From: Heptranchias perlo
Taxonomy: Eukaryota
Reading direction: 5' to 3'
DNA length: 64,000 nt
Assembly: GCF_035084215.1 (NCBI RefSeq)
Contig: NC_090340.1
Location: forward strand, 4,340,001 to 4,404,000
Shown: positions 13,095 to 27,214 of the stretch, one piece after another
Numbering within the stretch: position 1 is the stretch's first letter
Layout of the letters: each line of letters opens with the position of its first letter
Made by a program: the position numbers and the translations under genes
Notes under the pieces: model-generated
What the model saw: the letters and a program-made list of their open reading frames with translations, nothing else
Databases searched by the model: none
Told to the model about the DNA's origin: nothing

Positions 13095-16000
13095 CAAACC
13101 AAAAGGTAACCTATGTGTGGAGGCAGAAGATGTGGGTATGGTTCTTAATGAATACTTTGTGTCTGTCTTCACAAAAGAGGTTGGCGATGCAGAAATTGTA
13201 TTTAAGGAGGAGGAGGTTGAAATATTGGAAGGGATAAACATAATGAGAGGATTAGCATTTTTGAAAGTAGATAAACCGCCAGACCCGGATGAAATATATC
13301 CCAGGCTGTTAAGAGAAGTAACGAAGGAAATAACGGAATCTCTGGCCATCATTTTCAGATCCTCTCTAGCTGCAGGCGTGGTGCCGGGGGATTGGAGGAC
13401 TGCGAACATTGTACCATTGTTTAAAAAGGGAGAAAGAGATAGGCCGAGTAATTATAGGCCAGTCAGTCCAACCTTGGTGGTGTGCGAATTATTGAAATCG
13501 ATTCTGAGAGACAGCATAGAAAAAAAATAGGAGCAGGAGCAGTCCATTCGGCCCTTCGAGCCTGCTCCGCCATTCAATAAGATCATGGAGGATCTATTAT
13601 CGCAATACCATATTCCCATCCTCTTCCCATACCCCATGATGCCTTTGGTGCCTCGAAATCTTTCGAGATCCTTCATAAATGTATTCAGTGATTTCGATTC
13701 CACAGCCTTCTATGGTAGAGAATTCCACTGGTTCACCACCCTCTGAGTGAAGAAATTTCTCCTCACCTCAGTCCTAAATGATTCCCCAGATCCTGAGACT
13801 GTGACCCCTTGTACTGGACCCCCCAGCCAGGGGAAACATGCTCGCTGCATCCAATCTGCTTAGCCCAGTCAGAATTTTATATATTTCAATGAGATCCCCC
13901 CTCATTGTTCTAAACTCGAGTGATTACAGGCCAGGTCGACCCAATCTCTGCTCATACGAGAGTCCTGCCATCCCAGGAATCAATCTGGTGAACCTTCGCT
14001 GTACTCCCTCCATGGCAAGTATATCCTTTCTTAGGTAAGGAGACCTAAATGGCACACAATACTCCAGGTGTGGTCTCACCAGGATCCCGTATAACTGCAG
14101 TAAGACATCCTTGCTCCTTTACTCAAATCCTATTGCAATGAAGGCCAACATACCATTTGCCTTCCTAACTGCTTGCTGCACCTGCATGTTTGCTTTCAGT
14201 GATTGGTGTACAGGGACACTCAGGTCCCTTTTTACATCAACATTTCCCAATCTATCAACATTGAAATAATAGTCTGCCTTTCTGACTTTCCTTTCGAAGT
14301 GGATAACTTCACATTTATCCACATTATACTGCATCTGCCATATATTTGCCCAGAAAATCAACTTGTTTAATCATCTTGAAGCCTTTTTGCATCCTCCTCA
14401 CACATTACGATCCACCTAGTTTTGTGTCGTCAGCAAACTTGAAATTATTACATTTGGTTCTGTCATCCAAATCATTGATATATATTTTGAATAGCGAGGG
14501 CCCAAGCAATGATCCCTGCTGAACACCACTGCTCACTGCCTCCCACCCCGAAAGAGACCCATTTTTCCTACTCTCTGTTTCCTGCCTGTTAACCAATTTT
14601 CAATCCATGCCAGTATATTACCACCAATCCCATATGCTTCAATTTTGCACAATAACCTTTTATGACTTCATCAAAGGCCCTCTGAAAACCCAAATAAACC
14701 ACATCCTTATCTAATCTACCAGTTACATCCTCAAAAAAAGCTCCAGTTGGTTTGTCAAACATGATTTCCCTTTCATAAATCCATGTTGACTTTGTCTAAT
14801 CCTGTTGATATGTTCTAAATGTTCTGTTATCACATCCTTTACAATAAACTGTAGCATTTTCCCTACTACTGATGTTAGGCTAAGCGGTCTATTTCGCTGT
14901 TTTCTCTCTCCCTCCCTTTTTAAATAGTGGGATTACATTTCCCGCCCTCCAATATGCAGGAACTGTTCCATAATCTATAGAATTTTGGAAGATGACAACT
15001 TCCAAAGATGGTAGATGGAAAATGCACTATATCCATGGATACCTCTTTTAGTACTCTGTGATACAGGTTGTCAGGCCCTGGGGATTTATCGGCTTTCACT
15101 ATCATTAATTGCTCCAGCACTCATTTTACTAATTCTAATTTCCTTTAATTCCTCCTCCTCACTAGTCCCTTGGTTCCCTAGCACTTCTGGGAAGTTATGT
15201 GTGTCCTCTTCCTTGAAGACAGAACCAAAATATTTGTTTAATTGCTCTGTCATTTCCCTGTTCCCCATTATAAATTCTCCCGTTTCTGACTGTAAGGGAC
15301 CTACTTTTGTTTTCACTAATCTTTTTTCGTTTTACTTATTGTAGAAGCTTTTAAGGTCCACTTTTATATTCGTCATTTAGAATAGCACCGGTTAATCAAG
15401 GACAGTCAGCATGGATTTTTTAATGGAAGGTCGTTTCTGACTAACTTGATTGAATTTTTTGATGAAGGAGGTCGATGAGGGTTGTGTGTTTGATGTATTA
15501 TACATGGACTTTAGCAAGGCTTTTGATGAGGTCCCACATGGTGGACTGGTCAAAAATGTAAAAGCCCATGGAATCCAAGGGACTGTGTCTAGTTGGATAC
15601 GTGGCAAGAAGCAAAGGATAATGGTTGATGGGTGTTTTGCGACCGGAAGGCTGTTTTCAGTGGGTTCCCACAAGGCTTAGTACTAGGTCCCTTGCTTCTT
15701 GTGGTATATATTAATGATTTGCACTTGAATGTGGGGGGCTTGATCAAGAAGTTTGCAGATGATACAGAAATTGGCCCTGTGGTTGATAGTGAGGATGAAA
15801 GCTGTAGCCTGCAGAAAGACATGACTGGACTGATCAGGCGGTCATAAAAGTGGCAAATGTAAATCAATCGAGAGAAGTGTGAGGTAATGCATTTGGGTAG
15901 GGGAAACAAGGCAAGGGAGTACACAATAAATGGAAGGATACTGAGAGATGTAGAGGAATAATGTGACCTTGGAGTGGATGTCGACAGATCCCTGATGGTA

Positions 16001-16480
16001 GCGGACAGGTAGATAAGGTGGCTAAAAAGGCATAGGGGATACTTTCCTTTATTAGCCAAGTCGTAGAATGTAATAGTAGGGAGTTTATGCTGGAGCTGTA
16101 TAAAACATTGGCTAGGCCACAGCTTGAATATTGTGTACAGTTCTGGTCACCATATTACAGGAAAGATGTGATTGCACTGGAAAGGGTACAGAGGAGCTTT
16201 AAGAGGATGTTGCCAGGGCTGGCGAATTTTAGCAATGGGAAAAGATTGGATAGGCTGGGATTGTTTTCTTTGGAACAAAGGAGGCTGAGGGGAGATTTAA
16301 TTGAGGTATACAAAATTATGACGGGGCGAGATAGATTGGATAGGGAGGACCTATTTCCCTCAGCAGAGTGGCAATCACCAAGGGGCATAGATTTAAAGTA
16401 ATTGGTAGAAGGATTAGAGGGGAGCTGAGGAGAATATTTTTCTTGGGAATATTTGGTGCTCTGGAAACTCACCGCCTGGG
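13095..16480 (+). mobile_element. CR1 LINE ORF2 fragment interrupted by a minus-strand CR1
   Basis: DKPPDPDEIYPRLLREV...NYRPVS (13095-13515) continues as QHGF...MDFSKAFDEVPH...KFADDT (15385-16480). Confidence 0.92.
13515..15375 (-). mobile_element. CR1 LINE nested in a plus-strand CR1
   Basis: KADKSPGPDNL and SGVQQGSLLGP...KFADDTKLGG; 3' end near 13515. Confidence 0.92.
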
Positions 16481-17790
16481 TTATATTTTTCCAGAGCTCC
16501 ACTGATCACCGTTTTAAATGTTTCAATACTGCTGTTCTGTTTGTTTCTTTCTTTATCAGTAAATTTTCCAGTTTATTTCCCCTCATTCTATTCTCATCCG
16601 CTGAATATCATATTTTTTCCAATTTACTACTTTGCTTTTTGACTTACTTATATCCTTCTCAATTTTCATCTGAAGCCTTATTTTGTTGTGATCGATTTTG
16701 CCTCGATGTACCACTAAACTTACTTCTCTTATCTGTTCACGTTCATTGGCCATTAGTCGTTCCAGCAGCGCTTCCTCTATTCTTGTGCTTTTTACATCCA
16801 GGGTAAGAAAAGAGTCCTGCACATATTGTAATAACTTAATTCCTTGTACGCCTTTACCTACCTCTTCTTGGCAATTTTTTGGTGATAGTTAAAATCTCCC
16901 ATTATTATTCTTGTTTGTCCTTTACTCGTTTCACATATTTGCTTGCATATTTCTTCCTCCATCTCCTTTTCACTATTACGTGGTCTGTAGTATACCCCTA
17001 TTGTCGTGATCGGTCCATTATCTTTTGTTTCAATCCATATGGATTCTGTTTCTATCCTTCTATTAGTTATGTCCCCTTTTACTGCTGCTGTTCTGTTATC
17101 TCTAATTAGTATAGCTACTCTATCTCCTACTTCCTTCCCTATCCTTACTGATTATGTTATAGCCTGCAATATTTAGTTGCCAGTCCTGTCCTTTATATAG
17201 GCATGCTTCAGTTTTCCCTACTACATCTGGTTCCTGACTACGGATCATTGCCTCCATTTCCTCCGTTTTATTTTGGACGCTGTGTACATTGCTGTACATG
17301 CAGCTTAATTAATTTTTAATAATTCTTCATTTTACTATATTTTTAACAATACTTTTATACTTCTGTTTGATAACTGTATTTTTGCCTTGACCGTTTATGC
17401 CATCGTCATTCGTTGCCCTGCTCTGATCTTTACATTCATTTCCTGTTCCTCTTAACTTTAAGCTTTTGTTATTCCTACCAGAACCGCCCCGACGCCCCCC
17501 CCGCCCCCCCCCCGCCATCTCGCTAGTTTAAAGCCTTATTTATCCTTCCCGCTAGGTCTCTGGTCCCATTCCTGTTCAGATGCAGCCCGTCCCAATGGAA
17601 CAGCTCCTTCCTGGCCCAGTACTGGTGCCAGTGTCCCATGAAATGGGACCCCTCTTTCCCATGCCAGTCTTTCAACGACGCATTCACCATTCTGACCTGC
17701 ATATCCCTCTGCCAAATCGCAAGTGGCTCGGGTGCTATACCTGAGATTACCACCCGTGAGGTCCTGCTTTTCAATTTAGTTCCAGTTCAT
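16480..17790 (-). mobile_element. CR1 5' portion (ORF1 esterase end and decayed endonuclease)
   Basis: SRVVISGIAP...FMGHWHQYW...WDGLHLNRNGT matches the CR1 ORF1 SGNH block DGLHL. Confidence 0.85.
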
Positions 17791-18115
17791 TTTCAAATAA
17801 TTAAATTACTGATACCTGACCGATCACGATGATCTGTGGCCGGTTAGAGCAGAGCTTGGACAATTCTGTCATTGGGATTTCTATAATCCATTTCATCCGA
17901 AACTTCTTAAACAAGGCAAAGGGGACAGTCAGACAGGAACGCCGCTTTTTAATCCATGCTGGCCGTTAGTTATGAAATGTTAATAAACGGGTACCTGTCA
18001 CCATTCTCCTCAGAATAGTTGCAATTATTTTTCCTGTTATTGATTTTAGGCTAATGGACCTGTAGTTAGATATACAGGCACACAAATAAAACGGGTTCCG
18101 CATTGGTCACAAATA

Positions 18116-18277
18116 TTAATTGGCTTTCCGTTCCGTGTAAATAACGTCTGATCTTTGGTTTTTCATCCGTAGCTGAGCGTATTCCGTGTTCTTATGAATA
18201 GGCTTTGCAGTCTTCTTGGAGCCAGTCATATCTAGTGAAGCATAGGTCAGCTTGTTCTCAGGTGCCCTTTGCTTGGT
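18116..18277 (-). CDS. Exon 6: terminal cytoplasmic exon with ITIM/ITSM-like motifs
   Basis: Acceptor gatttcacAG. Phase 0 reads TKQRAPENKLTYASLDMTGSKKTAKPIHKNTEYAQLRMKNQRSDVIYTERKAN*, with TAA at 18118-18116. Confidence 0.88.
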   Translation of the reverse strand, partial: TKQRAPENKLTYASLDMTGSKKTAKPIHKNTEYAQLRMKNQRSDVIYTERKAN

Positions 18278-19124
18278 CTGTGAAATCAATGGTTGGACAT
18301 CTCATGAGTTCGATAATTTACCTGTATGTAGGTTAGTGTTAATCATTAGAATAGCCGGAACCTCGCAGAATCAGGGTTAAATACAAAAGAGTAGCAAAGT
18401 TCTATTAACGCTAGTTCGTGCACTACCCCGCATGCCCGTTTATTACAGGTAACTCGTGTCTCTTTGATCGACTCCTCGGCCGTACCTGGGCATATACTGT
18501 CCTCTATTGATGCTTTGATCCTGGGCCTTTCCAGGAATTAGTCAAATTTACTGCAGCATAAGGCGCCATCAGAACTTCTGTTACCTGCATGGAATAAAAG
18601 TAAAAAATATACCATTTTTATGCTATGCGGTCAGGCACTCCCTCCGCAGAATGACGCGCGCAGGCCCAAAAATCGCGCGAAATTTCCAGGTCAAGAAAAT
18701 GAAGAAAAGTAAGGGGTCAAAGTTCATTCCAGTAGTCCATTTATATGAATAGTCTGGTTGAAATAACCTGCAGCTGGCGAGGTTTATATACTTGAAGTTT
18801 CACTTTCGTTGCAGCAAAAAGTATCAAAACAATTTAGATACTTTCTAAAATTGAGGTTTATACATAAGAAGAATTGTGTTTTATAGTTATACAGTGCATG
18901 GGATTGAATTAGAACAGGGACATTTAGAAAGGGGGTCTGAGGCTAACTTTCAGCAGACAGTTCACTTTCAACATACAGAAAAGTAAACATCATACAGAAT
19001 TCTGAAATCAATAATACGAACACGGAATACAAGAGGTTATTTTTAGCTATAATGTGAACACCTGGTCCACATTTAGAATCCTACCTTTAGATTTCAATTA
19101 ATCCTAAATGTCACACGATCTACA

Positions 19125-19190
19125 GATATATATATGTATATTTACTATGTTTATGTCAATTGATATATATATATATATATTTATTTATTT
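19125..19190. repeat. (TA)n/AT-rich microsatellite
   Basis: Visible tatatata and tatt runs. Confidence 0.8.
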
Positions 19191-19819
19191 ATGCATATTT
19201 AATATTTCTCTCTATAGCTATATCCACCTCTCTCTGTCTCTGCATGACAGACTCTGATGACTCAAATGCGGAGATGAAGTAGGATCAGGGATACAAATGG
19301 ACAACAAACGTAGAAAAGATAGCGGGAAAACATTTTTACTGAGTCAGATATGTTTAACAGTACTTTCTTGACGACTTGCAATTTTCTGGGACACTAGTCT
19401 GGATCGGAAATCACACGCAGTAGACGGCACATATTGGAAAATAACGAGTTATTGCACACACATTTCTGTCCATTCATTTCAATAAATGGAAAATGGCGTA
19501 CAAATAACCCTCAATTTTCTGATAAGTGTTGCCGAGCTTGCTCGGACTCTCGGCTGTTGCGGCGAACCTGCAAATTGCGTCAAAGAGTTGGAGGTAAAAA
19601 CATCGGGATTGTTCCAATATCAATTGGATACTATAATGGGAGAATGAGGCAATTAAACGAAATGTAAATTTCTCACCATGGGTCTCCGCGTGTTCTTAAC
19701 ATCGCAACAAATTCGGTTAACACACAGTATAAAAATCAATTTCCGTACTCCGGTCACAGCGGGAAACGCAAATCGCTAAACTAGCACTGCGAGCCTGTGA
19801 CTATCTGCCGTTTTCTAAA

Positions 19820-22800
19820 AAAAAAATCATTCTCGAGATGTGGGCATCGCTGGCAAGGCCAACATTTATTGCCCATCCCTGGTTGCACAAAAAAGGTGAT
19901 GGTGGGCTTGATAGGACACTGCAGAGGTCAGTTAAGAGTTAGCCACACAGCTGTGGGACTGGAATCACATGTAAACTAGGAACATAGGAACATAGGAACA
20001 GCCGTCTGCCATTCAGCCCCTCGTCCCTGCCCTGCCATTTGATAAGATCATGGCTGATCTGTGATCTAGCTCCATATACCTGCCTTTGGCCCATATCCCT
20101 CAAACATTTGGTTGCCAAAAAGCTATCTATCTCACATTTAAATTTAGCAATTGAGCTAGTATCAATTGCCGTTTGCGGAAGAGACTTCCAAACTTCTACC
20201 ACCCTTTGTGTGCAGAAATATTTTCCAATCTCACTCCTGAAAGGTCTGGCTCTAATTTTTAGACTGTGCCCCCTACTCCTCGAATCCCCACCCAGCGGAA
20301 ATAGTTTCTCTCTATCCACCCTATCCGTTCCCCTTAATATCATATAACCTTCGATCAGATCATCCCTTAACCTTATAAACTCCAGAGAATACAACCCCAA
20401 TTTGTGCAATCTCTCCTCGTAACTTAATGTTTGAAGTCCGGGTATCATTCTAGTAAACCTACGCTGCACTCCCTCCAAGGCCAATATGTCCTTCCGAAGG
20501 CGCGGTGACCAGAACTGCTCACAGTACTCCAGGTGCGGTCTAACCCGGGTTTTTTTATAGCTGAAGCATAACTTCTGCCCCCTGTACTCCAGTCCTCTAG
20601 ATATAAAGGCCCGCATTCCATTAGCCTTATTGATTATTTTCTGCACCTGTTCATAACACTTCAATGATCTATGTACCTGAACCCCTAAGTCCCTTTGGAG
20701 ATCCACTGTTTTTAACTTTTTACCATTTAGAAAGTATCCTGTTCTATCCATTTTTGTTCCAAAGTTGATGACCACACATTTGTTTACATTGAATTCCATT
20801 TGCCACAGTTTTGCCCATTCACCTAATCTATCAATATCCCGTTGTAATGTTATGTTTTCATCTACACTGCTTATATTGCCACCAATCTTTGTGTCATCGG
20901 CAAACTTAGATATGAGACTTTCTAAGAGTCTTCATCTAAGTCGTTGATAAATATTGTGAATAATTTAGGCCCCAAAACAGATCCCTGCTAGCCTCCACTA
21001 GTCACATCCTGCCAGTGTCAAAACGTACCCATTATCCCTACACTCTGTCGCCCTTTGCTCAGCCAACTTCCTAACCAAGTCCACACTTTTCCCTCGATTC
21101 CATGGCCTTCTAACTTAGCTAACATTCTCTTTTGTGGGACCTTATCAATTGCCTTCTGGAAGTCAATATAAATAACATCCATTGACATTCCCCTGTCCAA
21201 TACTTTAGTCACCTCTTCAAAAAATCCAATCTGATTTGTCAGGCACGACCTACCTTTCACAAATCCATGCTGGCTCTCCCTGATCAACTGAAAATTCTCG
21301 AGGTGTTTAGTCACCCTATCCTTAATTGTAGACTCCATCAAATTCCACAGAACACATGTTAGGCTTACTGGTCTATAATTCCCCGGTTTCCGTCTCTCTC
21401 CTTTTTGAAAAAGCGGAGTGACATGTGCAATTTTCCAATCTAGAGGGACAGTTCCTGAATCTAGAGAACTTTGAAAGATTATAGTTCGGGCATCTGCAAT
21501 CTGCTCACATACTTCCTTTAAAACCCTGGAATGGACACAATCTGGTCCTGGGGATTTATCAATCTTCAGTGCTATTATTTTCTTTATTACTATTGCTTTA
21601 CTTATGGTAATTTTATTGATTCCCTGTCCCCGATTCAATATTAGTTTTCTTGGGATTTTCGGCATGCTATCCTCTTTTTTCTACTGTAAATACTGACGCA
21701 AAGTAATTATTCAACATGTCCACCATTTCCCCATTGTCAATGACAATATCCCCACTTTCAGTTTTTAAGGGGCCAACAATGCTCCTGACCACCCTCTTTT
21801 TCCTAATATAACTATAAATGTTGTTTGTATTGGTTTTGATATCCCTTGCAAGTTTATTTTTGTACTCTCCTTTTGTAGCTCTTACTATCTGTTTTCTGAC
21901 CCTTTGTTGATCTTTGTATCTTTCCCAATCGCCAGGATCTGTGTCATGTTTTGCCTTTTTGTATACCCTTTCCTTACGTCTTATACTGTCCCTTACCTCT
22001 TTAGTTGTCCATGGCTTTTTTTTTTGGCAAGTAGAGTTCTTGCCCGTCAGTGGTATAAACCGGCTCTGTATCTCGTTAAATGTTTCTTTGAACATTTCCC
22101 ACTGATCATCAGTCATTTTGCCCATTAACAGATTGGCCCAGTTTACTCTGGACAGTCTCTGTCTCATCCCATTGAAGTCGGCCTTACCAAAGTCTAGAAT
22201 CTTAGCAGCTGATTCACTTTTTTCCCTTTCAAAGATTACATTGAAGTCGATCATGTCATGATCGTTATTGGATAGATATTCACGCACAGTTAAACTGTAA
22301 GCTAAGTCTGGTTCATTACTCATTACTAAATCTAGTATGGCTTGCCCCCTTGTTGCCTCTAGGACATATGGCTGTAGAAATCTATTCCGGACACACTCAA
22401 GAAATTCACTACCTTTCTGAAAGTTGCTAGTCTGCTTTCCCCAATCTATGTGAAGGTTAAAGTCTCCCATTAATACCACTATGCCTTTCTTACACGCTTA
22501 TCTAATCTCTGCATTTATACAATCTAGCACTTCAGAGCTGCTGCCAGGGGTCCTATGCACAACTCCCACTATAGTCTTAGATCCTTTCCTATTTCTCAAT
22601 TCAATCCATAAGGTCTCTGTTGGCTGCTTATCTCTCGTTCTATCCTCCTTTATCAATGAATTGATTTCATCTCGAATCATTAAGGCTACTCCTCCACCTC
22701 TTCCATTTTCTCTATCTCTCATGTAGACCTTATAACCCGGTTTATTTAGTTCCCAATCCTGACCATCCTGCAGCCTTCTCTTAGTAATAGCTATCAAGTT

Positions 22801-23330
22801 ATACCCTCCAATTTGATTTTGAACCTATAGTTCATTTAATTTATTCCTTACACTCCGTGCATTTGTATATAGAGCTCTTAGTTGGGCCACACACCCTAGC
22901 CTGACCTTCAGCTTTGATGCTCGTGTAATCGCCTTACGCCTTCTAGTTTTCACTTCATCTGTAGTGTCTAACTACACTTTCTTTCTGTTGCTCTACTCTT
23001 TTCCCTTTCAATTGTTCTTGAACAACTGTTTCTACTATTTGTTTTGTAAATTTTCCCTGGGTCTTCCCTCTCTTGCTGCTCTCAACTTTACTCCCTTCTG
23101 ACTCACCGCTAAGGTTCGAGTAAGGACGGCAACTTCCTTCCCTGAAGGACATTCGTGAACCAATGGGATTTAAGGCTATCGAACAGCTTCATGGTCACTT
23201 TTACTGATACCAACTTTTTATTTCCAGATTTTTAGAAACTGAATTCAAATTCTCAAACTGCCCTGGTGGAATTTGAACACACGTTCTGTAGATTTACTCC
23301 AGAGCTAATTAATGGGGATAACATTATGAA
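19820..23330 (-). mobile_element. SINE (pieces ~23115-23330 and ~19820-19975) split by a 3.1-kb CR1
   Basis: B-box-like gttcaaattcc on the minus strand near 23270. The tail (gatgtgggcatcgctggcaaggccaacatttattgcccatccct) is the reverse complement of the LINE 3' end at about 51745-51800. Confidence 0.6.
19975..23115 (-). mobile_element. CR1 LINE, near-complete ORF2 (endonuclease + RT) with frameshifts, in intron 5
   Basis: RGGGVAL, MGDFN, AILDLV, NDH (endonuclease); DKSPGPD, QHGF, DFQKAIDKVP (RT); (aacatagg)n tail. Confidence 0.96.
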
Positions 23331-23686
23331 CTGCGGTAGCAGCATTTTTCAACAAACGTGTCAGTTGTTTCCAGGAGGCAAAAGCAGATTTTTTTTATTA
23401 TTCGCCGTAGCTGATGGTAAGTTTTAAGCGATATGTTGTTTTACAATCCATAGGTGACTGTTCTATATCGGCTGCCACTGACCTACTGATACAGACATTA
23501 AAACATCTAGTGTTTCCTTGTATGTGTGTGTGTGTGTTGCATAAGTGCTGATACTCTGCACTAGTTTTGTGAGAATCTTTACAGTGTTAGACTAAAACGG
23601 GGCAAATTATTGCATTAAATAGATTACAACTCTCTTATCTAAATATTTATAAAATAAATATATTAGGATGAATTGTGGAAACTTAC

Positions 23687-23730
23687 CGGCTGTTCGCGAT
23701 GGCCTGATCTTTCAGCATCGTTCTGAGGTC
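23687..23730 (-). CDS. Exon 5: short cytoplasmic linker (G)PQNDAERSGHREQP
   Basis: Acceptor ttcattcattaccAG, donor CCG|GTAAGT, 44 nt, phase 1-0. It converts the phase-1 TM end to the phase-0 start of the terminal exon and lies in non-repeat sequence. Confidence 0.75.
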
Positions 23731-24324
23731 CTGGTAATGAATGAAGTTCAAGATTTTACATTGGAGCATTTTAACAACGTAGAAGGACACTTCCGGGTAG
23801 ACTCAATGTAAAGTATAAAATGATCTTGATATCACATTTTACGGAATTGCTTGGATTCTGAACTGTGTTTGGCAATAGGGCTGGCATTGTTCAGCTGACC
23901 GCGGGACTTTGCGTGCAGCAGGAGGCTGATTGGAAACTCGCTGGATCACTACCCGCAATTCTATGTTCACTGTCCTGAATGGGACAGAAAATCGCACGCA
24001 ATGTAAGGTGATTTTATAAAAAAGCTCCCGCTGAATGCCAGGCTCCAACGGCGGTTGTGGGACCTTGGGAAATTACGCCCCATTTTACACAACACTTTCG
24101 AAATCCGAATCTACCGCTACACCGGTAGTGCTGAAATTTTATTCAAAATATTAGTTGTTGCAATTAGTATAAATAAAGCAGACTGGAATGACTCTCAAGT
24201 ATCCCTCATATTTTAAACCCAAGGTCAAGCTGTTATATTCAACAATCGATCCAGTAACTGTGACACAATGTAAATGTACTTTCAACCGTTCAGTTACAAT
24301 TTACTAACTTTTTCTCTCGATGTA

Positions 24325-27200
24325 TCATGGTATCATAGCAGGTACAGCATAGGAGGAGGCCTTTCGGTCCATCCTGCCTGTGCCGGCTCTTTGAAAGAGC
24401 TATCCAATTACTCCCATTCCCCTGCACCATAACCCTATACTTATCTATTCAAGGATTTTTCTAATTCCCTTTTGACAGATATTATTGAATCTGCTTCCAC
24501 CACTCTTTCATTGCACATAATTACAACTCGCCGTGTAAAATAATGTCTCCACATGTCGCCTATTGCTCTTTTGCCATCACCTTAAATCTGTGTCCTTTGG
24601 TAACCGACCCTTCTGCCACTGGAAACAGATTCTCCTTATTAATTCTGTCAAAATTGTTTATTATCTTGAACGCATCTATCCAATCTCCTAGTAACCTTCT
24701 CTGTTGTAAGGAGAACAATCCCAGCTTCGCCAGTCCCTCTACATAACTGAAGTCCCTCATCCCTGGAACCATTCTAGTAAATCTCTTCTGCACTCTCCCT
24801 AAGGCCTGACCTCCTTCCCAAAGTGCGGTGCCCATAATTGAACACAATTCTCCAGCTGAGGCCATAAAAGTGTTTTATGCCTTTGTTACCTCTAGACTTG
24901 ACAATTCCAATGTTCCACTGGCCGTGCTCCCATCTTTCACACTCCATAAATTTGAGCACATCCAAACCTCTGCTGCTCGTATCCTAAGTCGCAACAAGTT
25001 CCGTTCACCCATCGCCCCTGTGTTCGCTGACCGACATTGGCTCCCGGTCTGAGAAAGCCTCGAAATTAAAATTCTCATCCTTGTTTTCAAATCCCTCCAT
25101 GGCCTCGCCCATCCCTAACTCTGTAACCACCTCCAGCCCCATAAAGCTTTGAGATCACTGTGCTCCTCCAATTCTTGCCTCTTGCGCATCCCAGATTTTA
25201 ATTGCTCCAACATTGGCGACCGTGCCTTCAGCTGCTTAGGCCCTAAACTCTGGAATTCCATCCCTAAACCTCTCCGACTGTTATCCTTTCTATCCTCCTT
25301 TATGCCGCTCCTTAAAACCTACCTCTTTGATCAAGCTTTTGGTTACTGTTCTAATATCCGCTTATGTGACTCGGTGTCAAATTTTGTTTGATATTCGCGC
25401 CGATGAAGCGCCTTGGGACATTTTACGACATGAAAGGCGCTATATAAATGCAAGTTGTTGTTGCTAGCATGAGGTCCTTGCTTTTGTACTCTATGCCTCT
25501 ATTAATAAAGCCCAGGATCCCATATGTTTTTTTTAACAGCCTGGTCAAGTTGTCCTGCCACCTTCAAAGCTTTGTGCATAATATGCGCCACCAGGTCTCT
25601 CTTTTCTTGCACCCCTTCAAAATTGGGCTCTTTTGTTTCGATTGCCTTTCCTCATTCTTCCTACCAAAATGCATGACTTCACACTTCAATGTGTTAAATG
25701 TCATCTGCCATGTGTCTGCCCAGTCTCTCTATGTCTTCCTGAAGTCTGTTACTATCGTCCACATTTTTTGCTACATTTCCGAGTTTTGTGCCATCTGCAA
25801 ACTTTGTAAGTATATCCAGTATACCCAAGTCCAGTTCATTAATATATATCAGAAGGAGCAGTAGTCCTAACACTGACCCTTGGGGCACACCACTGTATAC
25901 TTTCCTCCAGCCTGAAAAACAACCATTCACGAAATGCTCTCTGCTTTATGTCCCCTGGCCAATTTTGCATCCACGCTGCCACCGTCCCTTGAATCCTATG
26001 GGTTTTAATTTTGCTAACAAGTCTATTATGTGGTATTTTATCAAATGCCTTTTGAAAGTTCATATACACAACATCAACCGCACTTCACTCATTAACCCCT
26101 TCCGTTACTTCATCAAAGAACTCAATCAAGTTAGTTAAACACGATTTTCCTTCAACAAATCCGTGTTGACTTTCTTTTATTAACCCATACTTTTCCAAGT
26201 GTCAATTATTGTCTCGAAAAGCTTCCCCACCACCGACGTTAGGCTGACTAATTGCCAGCTTTATCCATCTCCCTTTTTTGTGCAGTGGTGTCAGATCTGC
26301 AATCCTCCAGTCCCCCAGCACCGCCCAATATCTAAGGTTGATTGTAATATTGTGGCCAGAGCCTCCACAATTTCCCCCTTACTTCCCTCAGTAACCGAGG
26401 ATGCATCACATCTGGACCAGATGACTTTTCTAATTTGAGTAGTGCAAATCTTTTAAGTACCTCCTCATTATCTATTCTTATCCTACGCAATATCACTACC
26501 ACCTCCCCCTTTACTGCTACAATCGCAGCATTGTCTTCTCTCGTGAAGACAGATGTGAATTATTCATTTAGCACCTCAGCTATGCCCTTTGCCTCCAAAA
26601 GAAGATGTACATTTTTTCCCTAATCGGTCCCATCCTTCCTTTGACTGCCCCTTTACTGTTTATATGTTGAGAAAAGACCCTTGGGTTCCCTTTTATCTTG
26701 GCCACTAATCTATTCGCATAATCTATCTTTGTCCCTCATATTCCTTTCTTTTAGATCTCCTCCATACGTTCTGTGTTCAGCCTTGTTCTCCATTGTAGTA
26801 TGAATGTTACATTCGTCATAAGCCTCATTTTCCTGTTTCATTTTAATCTCTATATCTTTATTCCTCCAGGGAGTTCAAACTTTGGATGCCCTTCCTTACC
26901 CCCTCGTGGGGATGTGTCTATTATGTATCCGAACCAAATCCTCCTTGAATGCCTCCCATTGTTCAATTACTGTTTTGTCTACCAATTGTTGATTCCAATC
27001 CACCTGGGCATGATCCCTTTTTAACTCACTGAAATTTGCCCTTCTCCAGTTAAGCATTTGCATATTTGATTATTCCTTCTCCTTTTCCATCTTCTAAACC
27101 TAACGATATTATGATCACTATTCCCCAAATGCTCTCCCACTGAAACATGCTCCACCTTCCCCACTTCATTCTCCAGAACTTGATTCAGCAGTGTTTCCCC
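24325..27200 (-). mobile_element. CR1 LINE, degraded, in intron 4
   Basis: GVPQGSVLG...KFADGTK, NFQKAFDKIPH and RRLLGDWIDAFKI. Confidence 0.92.
24857..25465 (+). mobile_element. L2 LINE 3' fragment nested in CR1
   Basis: AFVTSRLDNSN...IQTSAARIL...HWLPV and GDRAFSCLGPKLWNS; tail aaggcgctatataaatgcaagttgttgttg. Confidence 0.9.
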
Positions 27201-27214
27201 TTCCTTTCATTTGG

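Noticed and set aside
19939-22797. Long RT/endonuclease ORFs as host genes or a novel RT system
   Set aside because: Standard CR1 ORF2 pieces broken by frameshifts and ending in a CR1 tail.
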